A stretch of 63,933 bases of DNA, filler included, from Planctomycetota bacterium (GTDB taxonomy: Bacteria > Planctomycetota > Planctomycetia > JALXBF01): the NCBI GenBank assembly GCA_026991575.1. It is 7 parts of 7 records of this genome, joined end to end, with 100 filler letters (N's around TTAATTAATTAA, not from the genome) between each part and the next. Parts side by side here need not be neighbours in the genome. Positions count along the whole stretch, not along the records: positions 1 to 4,097 come from JALXBF010000145.1; positions 4,198 to 17,532 come from JALXBF010000146.1; 5 more parts are not named here. One strand, 5' to 3'. Of the stretch, positions 1 to 10,040 are shown in pieces. Numbering within the stretch: position 1 is the stretch's first letter; every line of letters begins with the position of its first letter. Below the pieces are notes generated by a model, which was not told the DNA's origin, did not search any database, and worked only from the letters and a program-made list of their open reading frames with translations. A program made the position numbers and the translations under genes.

Positions 1-1
1 C

Positions 2-199
2 TTCTTCAACCGAATCCTCCACGGAATGACGCTCATCCTCCCTGACCTCTCCGACTACAGCATCTGGGTCAACGTGGCTCGCGGCTTCTACATCGACCCG
101 GGCCTGGTCCTGCTGCGCGGCCTGATCGCGCTCGGCTACTTAATCCCGTTCCTCGTGATCGGTTACCTGATGCTCCGCTCGCGGGAGATTGCCCGATGA
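2..199 (+). CDS. C-terminal fragment of a membrane protein, probably an ABC-2 type permease (5' partial)
   Basis: Open frame FFNRILHGMTLILPDLSDYSIWVNVARGFYIDPGLVLLRGLIALGYLIPFLVIGYLMLRSREIAR*. It has a hydrophobic helix and ends in an RE-I motif typical of ABC permeases. The TGA overlaps the next ATG (ATGA). Confidence 0.6.
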   Translation, partial: FFNRILHGMTLILPDLSDYSIWVNVARGFYIDPGLVLLRGLIALGYLIPFLVIGYLMLRSREIAR

Positions 200-2097
200 G
201 GCGAAGCCTGCTCCGCAAGATCGTGCTCATGATTGGCATCCTGGCGTGCTTCGTGGCCACCTGGCCAGCACGCCTGGCAATCGAGTACATGAGAAGCGAG
301 GAGTATCAGAAGCAGCATCCGGAGGTGCACCTGTCCCAGGCAACACTGGGGAACGTGGATCCGACGAACGCCGCCGTGCTGCTGATTCTCGGCGGTTTGC
401 GTGGCGTAGCGGCCAACTACCTCTGGGTCCGCGCCGAGGAACTGCAAAAGAACCACCGCTGGTCCGAGCTGGCGCTGGAGGTGGATCGGATCATCAAACT
501 CCAGCCGCACTTTGTCTCAGTGTGGCGGTTCCAGAGCTGGAACCTGGCATACAACGTCTCAGCCGAGTGGGATCAGGTCAACGACAAGTACTACTGGATC
601 CGCGAAGGCATCCGTTTCGCGCAGCGGGGCACCGAGGTCAACCAGCATGAGGAAACGCTGTCGTGGTGGACCGGATGGTGCTATTTCCACAAGATCGGTA
701 AGGCGGACGAGGCGCGGCTGCTCCGCGAGCTCTTTCGTGAAGACACCGAGCCGGAAATCGACGCCCGCGGCATCCAACAACCGCCGTTCAATCCAAAGCA
801 ACTGGACAACTACGAAGCAGCCGAGATCTGGTTCGTGCGCGCCGAGCAGAAACTGGACGAGCTAAACCGGCCGCCCCGTCAGATGGCAGAAGTTGCCTTC
901 CGCTCCTACCCTGGCCACGCCCGAATCCAGCTAGCCATCGCCTCGGAGAACGAAGGGCAATTCGGTGACGAAGCGGCCCGCCGCTGGAGCAGCGCGCTGG
1001 AACGGTGGCTCCAGTTCGGCGCCCGCGAGTACTACGTGCGCCACGTCAAGCGGTCGGTCCGACTGGATTACCGGCCTGAGGTCTTCGCCGCGTTCAACCG
1101 AGCACGCATCGGCCAGAGCTACGCTTACGCCACGCTACGATCGATCGACCAGAGCGGCATCCCCGAGTCGGCCGAAGCACGCAAGGCATTGGCCGACGGG
1201 TTCAAGCTGGCCTTACGGAACATGCAGGATGCGCTGGGCATGGTCAACCGAGCCGTCTTGCGCGAGTTGCCCGCAGAGGCAGCCCAGGCCTATGAAGCCG
1301 CCAAAGCGAACATCAGCCTGGTGGCCAACCTGGACCCAGAACTGCTGGCCAGCCCCGGACCGCAGGGTGAAGAGGCAAGACGTCAGTTCCGCGAGTTTCA
1401 CCGGCTCTACTACGAGTTCTACAAGTACGTGGACGAGGAACTGTTCTGGAACCAGAAGTACGGTGGCCTGGTCAACTACCGCTACTGGAAGAACCGCTGC
1501 ATCGTGGAGATGGAACCGGACACGCTGCAGGCTCGCGAGTTCTTCTACCGGGCACAGCGGGCGTTTGAGGAGGGTGACCTGGTGGCGGCCAAGGAGTACT
1601 TCGAGCAGGGCCTACAGCTATGGGCTGCGGTGCTCGGAAGAAACCGATGGCTCGCCGTGGACGACCAGACAGCCGAGGAAACACACGAGCTGATCATGGG
1701 CCCGCTGGGATACCATCGCCTGTTGCGTCAGCTCGATGAGCCGGCCGATCCGGCCACCCACCCGTACATCGCTCCGTTCTACTACCTGATCGACAAGTTC
1801 GTCCCGCCCGAGCAGTATGAACAGGCAATGAAGCTGGGGGCCCGGTTACAGAACCGCCGGCTGAGCGACGAGGAGAAACGCCGCCTCCAACAGGAGATGT
1901 TCCGACTGGTCAAGGAGGGTGAGAAAATCAAGGAACAGCGCAAGCAGCGGTCGCTCCGCATGCTTGAACGTGCCGGTCAGGGCGCGTCCCTGGAGGAGCT
2001 GGCCCGTGAATTCCGCCTTGGCGAATCACAAGAAAAGCAGGCTGAGCAGCAGGAACAGAGCGAATCAAGCAACGCCGCTAGCCGTGGCGGAAAGTAG
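196..2097 (+). CDS. Planctomycete-type helical/TPR-like protein (family often annotated 'IRE-like')
   Basis: 633 aa ORF with an N-terminal TM/signal segment and LGGLRGVAANYLW and WNLAYNVS motifs; all-helical character. Confidence 0.65.
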   Translation: MRRSLLRKIVLMIGILACFVATWPARLAIEYMRSEEYQKQHPEVHLSQATLGNVDPTNAAVLLILGGLRGVAANYLWVRAEELQKNHRWSELALEVDRIIKLQPHFVSVWRFQSWNLAYNVSAEWDQVNDKYYWIREGIRFAQRGTEVNQHEETLSWWTGWCYFHKIGKADEARLLRELFREDTEPEIDARGIQQPPFNPKQLDNYEAAEIWFVRAEQKLDELNRPPRQMAEVAFRSYPGHARIQLAIASENEGQFGDEAARRWSSALERWLQFGAREYYVRHVKRSVRLDYRPEVFAAFNRARIGQSYAYATLRSIDQSGIPESAEARKALADGFKLALRNMQDALGMVNRAVLRELPAEAAQAYEAAKANISLVANLDPELLASPGPQGEEARRQFREFHRLYYEFYKYVDEELFWNQKYGGLVNYRYWKNRCIVEMEPDTLQAREFFYRAQRAFEEGDLVAAKEYFEQGLQLWAAVLGRNRWLAVDDQTAEETHELIMGPLGYHRLLRQLDEPADPATHPYIAPFYYLIDKFVPPEQYEQAMKLGARLQNRRLSDEEKRRLQQEMFRLVKEGEKIKEQRKQRSLRMLERAGQGASLEELAREFRLGESQEKQAEQQEQSESSNAASRGGK

Positions 2098-2256
2098 AAT
2101 GGCATGGGAGACCCGACGCATGTGCCGTGCGGTCGGAACCCTGCCACGCACTAGGGCGTCTCACAGAGGGTGCCGCGGGCCTCGTCCCGACATGGCCGAC
2201 GAATGCGTAGGAGCTGGCTCAAGTAGGAAGGAGGAACCGCTGTCAAGCTGAGGAGC

Positions 2257-2682
2257 ATGGTGACTGTCAGCAGGCAATCGGCAGTTGATCCACGTCAACG
2301 CGCTCGGGAACTGGCTATCGAATGTGCCCGCGTCGCGGACGAGCACCGAGGTGAACGGATCCTCGTCCTCGATATGACCCGGTTGACGCCTATCGTTGAC
2401 TACTTCGTGATCGTCACGGGTTCGACCCGCCGCCGGATCCACACGATCGTCGAGGAGATCGACCGGGCAATGGAACAGGCCGGCCAGCGGCGGCTTGGCC
2501 TCGAAGGCTACGACTCTTCGCGCTGGGTGCTGCTGGACTATGGAGATATCGTCGTCCACGTTTTCGACCCAGAAGCCAGAGAGTACTACGACCTGGAGAA
2601 CCTCTGGGCAGACGCACCACGGATCGAGTGGCAATCCGCTGCTGAGCGGCCTGCCACGGACGTTCAACCAGATGCCTCGTAG
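2257..2682 (+). CDS. rsfS: Ribosome silencing factor RsfS (Iojap)
   Basis: DYFVIVTG, WVLLDYGDIVVHVF and REYYDLENLW motifs; GAGGAG Shine-Dalgarno before the ATG. Confidence 0.95.
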   Translation: MVTVSRQSAVDPRQRARELAIECARVADEHRGERILVLDMTRLTPIVDYFVIVTGSTRRRIHTIVEEIDRAMEQAGQRRLGLEGYDSSRWVLLDYGDIVVHVFDPEAREYYDLENLWADAPRIEWQSAAERPATDVQPDAS

Positions 2683-3917
2683 TACGCACAGGGCACACCG
2701 GCAAGCTGCGCAAGTTGGCTTGCTTCTCGCCGCGTATGTGCGATGAGGAAAAGCTCACCCGGCGCGGCGTCGGCGAAGTCCAGCGGTCCAGGTACCCGCC
2801 ACTCCTCTTCCTGCGACCAGCACCATCCCGCCGAATCCGGCTGAACAAACTCATGCTTCACTGCCGGGGCGGCACCGCCCACCGTGTAGACCACCGGGCA
2901 GCCACCTCGGGCTAACACAAACCGCAGCGATAGCGCCAGCCCGTATGGTTCGAAATCCCATCGTCCCCGATGCACGCGAAACCGACGCCGCTGCGGCCAG
3001 TGCCGCGGATGAACGCCAGTAAGCGAGACCAGGTTGCGTCGTCGCCCGCTGGGACCGGCGTGCAGACACCGAGTACGGGCAATCCGCTCCAGCGCTGCCA
3101 CTGCCGTGTAGTGCGTCGTGCCCAGTATGAGCCGCCGGTACCGCAGCAGCTTCGGCTCATCCGGCCACCCCTCCGGCTGCGCCCGGGTCCAGTGAAACAG
3201 GAACCCCCGCTCCGGAAGCTCTGAAACGGGAAACACATTTCCGACGCCAGAAGCAAGCGTCGGCTTGTGCCCTGTTCCCGGCTGGCGCCCATCCTCCGCA
3301 ACGGGCACCGTTTCCCCGCCTTGCTCCGCACAGAGCCGGGCCACGTTGCCCCCCCTGCGCACATGCACGAGTAACCTCACGTCGGCCGCCAGCCACAGAA
3401 GCAAGTCACGAGCGTATCCCTCTGTTGGTTCCCACCCATGGCACCACGCCGCCGCCGAATGACACCCCTCGTAGCTGCATTCGCGTCGCACGGCCGTAGC
3501 GACGACCTGACGGATCGCTGCGCCCGGGAACACGACGCAGACCGGTACGCGAAGGAACGGAGCAACCGACGCGACCCAGGGAGCTGCCGTGGTACCCGGC
3601 ACGGTCAGCAGCGTGCCGCCACACTCTTCAGCACGCCGCAACGCTGCCCGAAGTCGGTTCAACCACCAGTGGTCCGCGCGGTAAATCCGCCCGACCCGGG
3701 AACTAAACACGGCCAGCCACGGTCGCGGCAGGTCGGCGTCAGCAGCCCAAGCAATGCCGAGGCAACCGCCGCGATCCGGCAACTGTCGACAACGCACCGC
3801 GACACCGCCGAGCTCCCCCTCCGGGTGCGCGGGCCGCCCAGCACAGACCGGGTCCGGGTCAGGAGCCCCGTCCTGGCACGAGCGACAAACCACACAGCGC
3901 GATAGGTTACCGGGCAT
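2664..3917 (-). CDS. Hypothetical protein with a SLOG/DprA-like N-domain and an AbiGi/ADP-ribosyltransferase-like C-domain
   Basis: N-domain: LAVFSSR, and RDLLLWLAADVRLLVHVRRGGN. C-domain: LFHWTR, VSLT, PYGLAL, GGCPVVY, WSQEEEWR. Start uncertain. Confidence 0.55.
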   Translation of the reverse strand: MPGNLSRCVVCRSCQDGAPDPDPVCAGRPAHPEGELGGVAVRCRQLPDRGGCLGIAWAADADLPRPWLAVFSSRVGRIYRADHWWLNRLRAALRRAEECGGTLLTVPGTTAAPWVASVAPFLRVPVCVVFPGAAIRQVVATAVRRECSYEGCHSAAAWCHGWEPTEGYARDLLLWLAADVRLLVHVRRGGNVARLCAEQGGETVPVAEDGRQPGTGHKPTLASGVGNVFPVSELPERGFLFHWTRAQPEGWPDEPKLLRYRRLILGTTHYTAVAALERIARTRCLHAGPSGRRRNLVSLTGVHPRHWPQRRRFRVHRGRWDFEPYGLALSLRFVLARGGCPVVYTVGGAAPAVKHEFVQPDSAGWCWSQEEEWRVPGPLDFADAAPGELFLIAHTRREASQLAQLAGVPCAYYEASG

Positions 3918-4197
3918 GGCCGTCCTCCACCGGCCTCACCCGGCTCTGCTCCCCATGAAGCTTTTCCCGCCGTCACCACGTCGTCAAGTAAGCCTGCCAC
4001 CGGACGGACACAACGGCTTGGTAACCGGGCCAAGGCGTCTCCCGTGTCCGCTGGCATGATGCTGCCGCTCTTGAAGCGGTAGCCGTTCAGCAAGGCANNN
4101 NNNNNNNNNNNNNNNNNNNNNNNNNNNNNNNNNNNNNNNNNTTAATTAATTAANNNNNNNNNNNNNNNNNNNNNNNNNNNNNNNNNNNNNNNNNNNN

Positions 4198-4504
4198 GTA
4201 CGACCTCGTTCCCGATCACACCGGCACGCCCCAGCAGCACAGTGCCCCATCTGCCGCGGATACCCAGTCGGTAAAGCGTCCAGTAGGCCGGACGGGGATG
4301 GAGCCAGGACAGCAGCACAATCGGCCCCTGGATGCTCTGCAGGTAAAGCGTGCCGGTGTGATCGGGAACGAGGTCGTACAGGTGCGGGACAACGCCAACT
4401 TCGACGCCGCCTTCCCCGAGCAATCGTGTCAGGATAGCTTCCTGAAGCTCGTGCCGCGCCGGGTCCTTGCTTGGGGTTTGGGACAGCACGACCGTCAACG
4501 GCAT
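4198..4504 (-). CDS. N-terminal part of a planctomycete ferredoxin-family protein (truncated at contig end)
   Basis: LTVVLSQ...VPHLYDL...VLLSWLHPRPAYWTL resembles the N-domain of planctomycete 4Fe-4S proteins. The Cys-rich part is not in the window. Confidence 0.5.
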
Positions 4505-4767
4505 CGGGCATGCTCCACAGGTGGGCTCACATGGGCGGACGGAGGTAGGTTCTGGCGTCTACAGCTTACCCAGTTTGTCGCCGTCTGGCAACGAGGCTGG
4601 ATAGCGACGATTTCGTTCGGACTCCACGCACGCGAACCCAAGGCGGGGCACCACTGGGACACCTGGGCATGCATTGCCGTGGGACTGACCCTGACAGGTT
4701 TCGCCATGCCTCGGCCGCGTACCGGATGGAACAGACAGGAGCCTGGCGTATGCGGCGGCCTGGTGGG

Positions 4768-5820
4768 CTATGCAGCGTGGCGTTGGGTTGCGGTTGGCCC
4801 AGACCACTCAGTCCCCTGAGCCCCCTGCAGGCGGCGACGAGCTGCACGGAGAACAATCGCCGCAAGCTCGCGGGCCGACGTCTCCACCCGGTGGCGTGCT
4901 GCCAGTCGATGGACGGTCAAGCGACGTGGTAATGCGCTACGAATCCGGGCCAACTCGCGGCGTGCCCCCCAGGCGTCCAGCCGTCCAAGCAGATAAGCCA
5001 TGCCCGGTCTCCCATCCAGCCACATCAGTGCAGCATGCAGCAGGACGTAGGCCAGGTGCATGGGGAGAGCTAGCGGCAGGGCCGCGCGGGGCGTATTGCG
5101 CCAGAACACCAGCTCCTCGTTCCTTGCCAACTGGCGAACGCGCGCCGGATCACGCTGGCTCCCATAGCTGGCGTGCACCGCGTGATAGACCCTCGATTCT
5201 GCGCAGTAAAGCGCGCGGTATCCGGCGTAGCGGATCCGGAAGGCCAGGTCTATGTCGTCGTAGTAGGCTCCGAACTCCACCGGGAACAACCCGACACTCA
5301 GCAGCACCTTGCGGCGAAAGAAGCCGGCCGAAGCGCTGACACCGAACACTTCTCCAGACTGTCGCGACCGTGGCTGCAGGCGACAGCGGTTGCCATGTCC
5401 GTAGGCCCGGCCACAGAGGTGCCAGCCGTCGCCGGCGCTATCGATCTGGTCCGGCTTGTAGAGGTTCAGCACCAACGGGGCCACGGCCGCCACGGACGGG
5501 TCATCAAAGAGCTTCAGTGGCTTCTCGGCCCATCCGGGCGTGACGAACGCGTCGTTGTTCAGCGTCTCAACGACCTCGCCGCGTGCCGCAACGATCCCGT
5601 CGTTGACTGCAGCACAGAATCCTCCGTTGCGCCGTCGGCGCACCACTCGGACCCGCTCGAACCGCCGCAACCACTCGGTTGTGCCGTCGGAAGACGCGTC
5701 GTCCACGACGATGATTTCAGTCTGGGGGGGCGCATAGGCCAGGACAAGCGGGAGAGACTGCTTGAGCCAGTAGAGGCCGTTGTAGGTCGGGATGACGATC
5801 GACAGTCGCGGTCGGCTCAT
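4768..5820 (-). CDS. Glycosyltransferase family 2
   Basis: SIVIPTYNG, VDDASSDGT, LNNDA and YYDDIDL motifs; start moved to MSRPRLS at 5820. Confidence 0.92.
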   Translation of the reverse strand: MSRPRLSIVIPTYNGLYWLKQSLPLVLAYAPPQTEIIVVDDASSDGTTEWLRRFERVRVVRRRRNGGFCAAVNDGIVAARGEVVETLNNDAFVTPGWAEKPLKLFDDPSVAAVAPLVLNLYKPDQIDSAGDGWHLCGRAYGHGNRCRLQPRSRQSGEVFGVSASAGFFRRKVLLSVGLFPVEFGAYYDDIDLAFRIRYAGYRALYCAESRVYHAVHASYGSQRDPARVRQLARNEELVFWRNTPRAALPLALPMHLAYVLLHAALMWLDGRPGMAYLLGRLDAWGARRELARIRSALPRRLTVHRLAARHRVETSARELAAIVLRAARRRLQGAQGTEWSGPTATQRHAA

Positions 5821-6037
5821 GACTGCTCCACCCGGGGCCACCTGTGTGCATAGTCGCTCGGCGCTTTCCTGGCAAGTGAACTGAGGCTGCCGGGGGCGTT
5901 TCCGCTCTGGCGCCGGCTGGGGCAGATGGCGTCGCGGCTCTCCCATCGCCGTTCGGTTCGTCCCCGGAGGGGCCAACGGTTTCTGGGGCCGTGCATGTCA
6001 GCGGCTCGATCGCCGGGTGGAGTGGCGGGTGGCGGGC

Positions 6038-7066
6038 TCAGCGGATCAGAAACCTTGGCCCCGAACCGCCGCGAACCCGCCGCTGCCGTTCCTGCCAGAT
6101 GACCCGGCGTTCCGCCAGCGCGTCAAGCTTGCCACGAAGATAAGCCAGGCCAGCGCCCCGATAGAACATGTGGATCGTTCGTGCTGCGACATAGAGCAAA
6201 TGACACGGCACGGCCAGCGGCAGGAGATGTGTTGGCATGTTGACCCAGAAGGTTCGTTCCTCGTTGAGCGCATAGCGACGGGCCACGGCACGCGCGCGGA
6301 GATTGTGTGAGAACGAGCCCCAGTGCACCACCTGGCTGGCCGGCTCGTAGATGCAGCGGTACCCGGCCCAGCGTAATCGGAACGCCAGGTCGACGTCGTC
6401 GTAGTAGGCAACGAACTTCTCGGGGAACCCACCGACCTCCAGCAGCGCGTCTCTGCGGTAGAAGGCTGCCGAAGCGGTAGCCCCGAACACCTCACGCCGC
6501 TGCTCATAACGGGAGCCCACACCGCGGCGCCGGCAACCTCGGTTACGAGCGTAGCCGCTCAGCCCGTACACCAGCCCGGCACTATCCAGGTGCCCGTCCT
6601 CGGTCAACGCCCACACGCGTGGTGCAACAGCCGCCACCTGCCGGTCCGCAAACAGCCGCAGGGCTGCTTCCGCCCAGCCCCGGATCACGATCGTGTCGTT
6701 GTTCAGCGTCTCCACGATCGGAGCCCGGGCCGCACGGATGCCGGCGTTCACGGCCGCGCAGAACCCCCGGTTCCGCTCGAACCGGATCAGCCGGACCCAG
6801 GGGTACTGCCGGGTGATGCACTCGGCCGTTCCATCGGTCGACGCGTCGTCCACAACGATCACCTCGGCGTCCTCAGGAAGGTTCCGCCACACGGACGCCA
6901 GGCAGCATCGCAGGACGTTGAGCCCGTTGTACGTGGGAATGACGATGGAGAGGGCCGGCTTCCGAACCGTGCGGACGGCCACGGAGCTGCCCACGATGTT
7001 GTAGCGCGGCCGCGTGCGCTGAGACTTGGTTGCTGGATCGGCAATCGTTGCCTGCGCTGTGGCCAC
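6038..7066 (-). CDS. Glycosyltransferase family 2 (tandem paralogue)
   Basis: SIVIPTYNG, VDDASTDGT, LNNDT and YYDDVDL motifs; collinear with the neighbouring GT2. Confidence 0.92.
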   Translation of the reverse strand: MATAQATIADPATKSQRTRPRYNIVGSSVAVRTVRKPALSIVIPTYNGLNVLRCCLASVWRNLPEDAEVIVVDDASTDGTAECITRQYPWVRLIRFERNRGFCAAVNAGIRAARAPIVETLNNDTIVIRGWAEAALRLFADRQVAAVAPRVWALTEDGHLDSAGLVYGLSGYARNRGCRRRGVGSRYEQRREVFGATASAAFYRRDALLEVGGFPEKFVAYYDDVDLAFRLRWAGYRCIYEPASQVVHWGSFSHNLRARAVARRYALNEERTFWVNMPTHLLPLAVPCHLLYVAARTIHMFYRGAGLAYLRGKLDALAERRVIWQERQRRVRGGSGPRFLIR

Positions 7067-7321
7067 GAGTCGTCCCTGCTACCTGGGCCGAATGAACGTG
7101 CAACCTGCTGTGAACCTACATCGAGCGGCCCATCAGCCCCGACGCCGTTGGGACCGCGCCCACTGGGAACGCGACGGGCTGCTGCGGTCGGACCGTTTCA
7201 TCGAGATTACCTGGTTTGACTCCCCGTGTACAGTTCGATCCGCGGGCACACAGCCACCGCGGGGACGGGGCCCTTCTCTGCCATATCGGCAAGCCCGGCC
7301 ATCGCAATTCACCCCGACCGC

Positions 7322-9808
7322 TCACCGGGACCGGTCGCCGGCGGTGAGTCGAACCAGGGCTTCCAGTACGCGGCGTCTGAGCCGGTCGGCACCGGTGCGG
7401 TCCTTGGGCACGGCCCAGCGGATCGCCGCGGCCGTCTGGCCCCGGAGCACCTCGTCTGCCGCTTGCCGCAGCAGTCGCTCAGCCGCAGCAAGTGCCGGAC
7501 CGGAAACGCCCCGACCTCGGGCTTTCTGCACTGCAGCCCTCAGCAGCACCAGATACTCATAGTCCTGCACCCCCTCACGTATCGCTTCCAGGTGCTTGCC
7601 AGTCACGACGGTCGTTTCGTCCAGGAACAGCGGCGTGTACGGCCCGTGCCGCGCCAGGTACTCGTGCCAGGAGGAGCAACCACCGTTGTCGCCGAATGCC
7701 CAAAAGAACGAGCCTCGCGCGCCCACCTGCCAGCAGTGCCAGGCCTGGAGCCGGTAGTAGCTGTACGGATCGAGCACCTTGGCAGGCCCCGAGCAGGCAT
7801 AGAAATGCAGCACCTTGCCCCGCTGCTGCTGCCAGCCGCGGTAGAACTCAGCAAACCGCTTGCCACGGCTGAGCCACATGATCCGGTTCGGGCACAGCAC
7901 GTCCGACAGCGCGAAAACCTGCTGTGGCGCTCGCCACGGCTCGCGGTAGGTCGGATCCTCCCAGATCACGACCTCCGGTTCGGCCGCCTGGATCGCTTCT
8001 GCCCACGCAATCAGCGATCGGACATCCGATCCTTCATGCGGTTCATCGTGTAGCAGTAGCCCGAGTCGATTTGGCGTCACGCCGCGTTTCCTCAGGTGCG
8101 TTACCCACGCCCTGATCCACGCTGCCACGCGACGCCGGAACTCGTCCGAGCCGAGTGCCGCACCGCCAAGCTGCCGCTGGAGCCCAGGGCCGTAGCGAGC
8201 AACCGACAGGAACACGAAATACATCGACGCGTCAGGCCACTCGTCTAGCCACCGGTCCATGCGGGCCGTGTCCAGCTGGACCCGATCAGGTTGCTCCGGG
8301 TCGATGCGGAACGCCTTCATCGTCGCCCCCGTAGCCCATGGTGCGTTGACGAAGTGCTCACGTAGCATGCGGACGAAGGCCGAACGGTTCTGCGGGGTAA
8401 TGCCGTAAGCCCCCGGTCCGTCCGTGTAGCTCCAACCGCCGAGCAGCAGCGTGGTTCTCGGCGGAAAGTCCACAGGCCATACGTGCAGCCGTACCGGGAC
8501 ACGAATCGAAGAGCCCGCGCCCCTCAGCAGAAGCTGGCCGGTGTACTCGCCCGGTGGCAAGCTCCTGACCTGGAAGGTCAACCATAGTTGGCCCGGTAGG
8601 CCGGGAACCAGCGGAACGGCCCAGCCATCCGGCCCACGGGTCGCTTCGGGCAAAGCGGCCGCGACGGGTTGCCCGACGGACGTGTCGGTCCATTCCGCAT
8701 AGTGCACCTGCACGTAGGGCGGGCACGGCGAGCCCGGCAGCCCGCTGAACGAAACCCGCACGGTGACCCCCTGTTGTGTTGCGTTATAGAGGTTCACTGC
8801 TGCCGCGCGGTACTCGCCGCGCATGAGCTCGACGGAGAGGCCTTGGTCGGCAGCCTGCTCGCGCGGCACACCGAACAGCGGCAAGGGATCCCAGACCGAG
8901 GCGGGCACGGTGGCACTGAGAGCTGGCCTGCCGGCTGCCTGCCACAGTGCGGCCTGGATCCGGAACAGTTCAGCGTGTGCCGGTCCGATTGGGAAGGTGG
9001 TGCGCAGCCTGGGATCGGCAGCCAGCGCAGCCAGGCCATCTTCTGGCAGCTGGCGCCACCGCCGAAGCAGTGCGGCCCGAACCGGCGCGTCCAACGGAGT
9101 CTGCTCGATGACGGTCCGCAGCGCAGCTCGATCGGCTCGCCACCGCCGACTGAGCGCGATCCCCGAGCGGGCCCTGCGCACCAGTTCGGCTGCAGTCACC
9201 GCTTCGCCCCGTTCCGGCGGTGTCTCCAACCAGCGTGCAGGCCCGCGAAACACCTCAACCTCATCTGTGAACAGGTAGATCCCACCGGCAGCCGGTACGA
9301 GCACGAACTGGACATATCGCCCCAGTGCTCGCAGCGACATTGTGGCCAGCCGCCGCACGGCGTAGCCCCTGGGCCAGGGTCCGTGCTTCTGCTGGTCCAA
9401 TGCCACAAGCTCCCCCGCCTTGTACCAGCTCCGCCCGTCGTCACTGACCAGCACGTAAACAGCCGCGGGCCAGACGACACCTGCCGTGCCCGCGGCGGTC
9501 CGGAGCGCGGCCCCCTGGATCGGTTCGACTCGGCCAAGGTCCACCGTGATCGTCGCATACTGCACCCTGACCCAGCCAACCGTGCCGCGCTGCACCCAGA
9601 AGTAGCCCTCCACGTAACGGCCGTCGGTTAGCTGCACGGTATCGTCAGGGTCGGTGCAGTGTGGATAGTTTGGTGGTGGCCAGAGTCGATAGGGCCTGTG
9701 CTTGGCGATGTTCTCGGGCGGATCAGCTGCCACCGGCTCAACCGCGAGCAACGCGACGCTGCACGCGGTAAGGATCGTCAACAGCACTGGAGGGTAGATG
9801 CCAGGCAT
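7322..9808 (-). CDS. Secreted protein with a discoidin/F5-8-like N-domain and a GH123/DUF4091-like C-domain
   Basis: Signal peptide; LTDG...ITVDLG...DEVEVF discoidin-like motifs; C-terminal LEAIREGVQDYEYL typical of DUF4091. Confidence 0.6.
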   Translation of the reverse strand: MPGIYPPVLLTILTACSVALLAVEPVAADPPENIAKHRPYRLWPPPNYPHCTDPDDTVQLTDGRYVEGYFWVQRGTVGWVRVQYATITVDLGRVEPIQGAALRTAAGTAGVVWPAAVYVLVSDDGRSWYKAGELVALDQQKHGPWPRGYAVRRLATMSLRALGRYVQFVLVPAAGGIYLFTDEVEVFRGPARWLETPPERGEAVTAAELVRRARSGIALSRRWRADRAALRTVIEQTPLDAPVRAALLRRWRQLPEDGLAALAADPRLRTTFPIGPAHAELFRIQAALWQAAGRPALSATVPASVWDPLPLFGVPREQAADQGLSVELMRGEYRAAAVNLYNATQQGVTVRVSFSGLPGSPCPPYVQVHYAEWTDTSVGQPVAAALPEATRGPDGWAVPLVPGLPGQLWLTFQVRSLPPGEYTGQLLLRGAGSSIRVPVRLHVWPVDFPPRTTLLLGGWSYTDGPGAYGITPQNRSAFVRMLREHFVNAPWATGATMKAFRIDPEQPDRVQLDTARMDRWLDEWPDASMYFVFLSVARYGPGLQRQLGGAALGSDEFRRRVAAWIRAWVTHLRKRGVTPNRLGLLLHDEPHEGSDVRSLIAWAEAIQAAEPEVVIWEDPTYREPWRAPQQVFALSDVLCPNRIMWLSRGKRFAEFYRGWQQQRGKVLHFYACSGPAKVLDPYSYYRLQAWHCWQVGARGSFFWAFGDNGGCSSWHEYLARHGPYTPLFLDETTVVTGKHLEAIREGVQDYEYLVLLRAAVQKARGRGVSGPALAAAERLLRQAADEVLRGQTAAAIRWAVPKDRTGADRLRRRVLEALVRLTAGDRSR

Positions 9809-10040
9809 GGTCAGGCCTCTACGGGTCGCAGCAGCGGTCCGGTGGGCGCGGCAGGCAGCGACGCGGCAGGATCGACCCGGGCATTCTACGGGCTCTGAGT
9901 CGATCGTCGATCGCGGTGCCGCTTGGCCGGGCCGTTGTTTAAACTATGGTGTTGCCGGTACTGCATAACCCCGCCTGCGTCCCTCCTCACCGTCCCGCTC
10001 GTCAATCACGGAACGGGCCCAACCTGAGGTGTACGGAGCG

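Noticed and set aside
4098..4197. N runs with TTAATTAATTAA (six occurrences)
   Set aside because: Artificial contig spacers with stops in all frames; ORFs ending in XXX-LIN are artefacts.
4198..4379. 32-bp perfect inverted repeat (4198-4229 vs 4348-4379)
   Set aside because: It sits exactly at a contig end inside a CDS, typical of a fold-back chimeric read rather than a biological IR.
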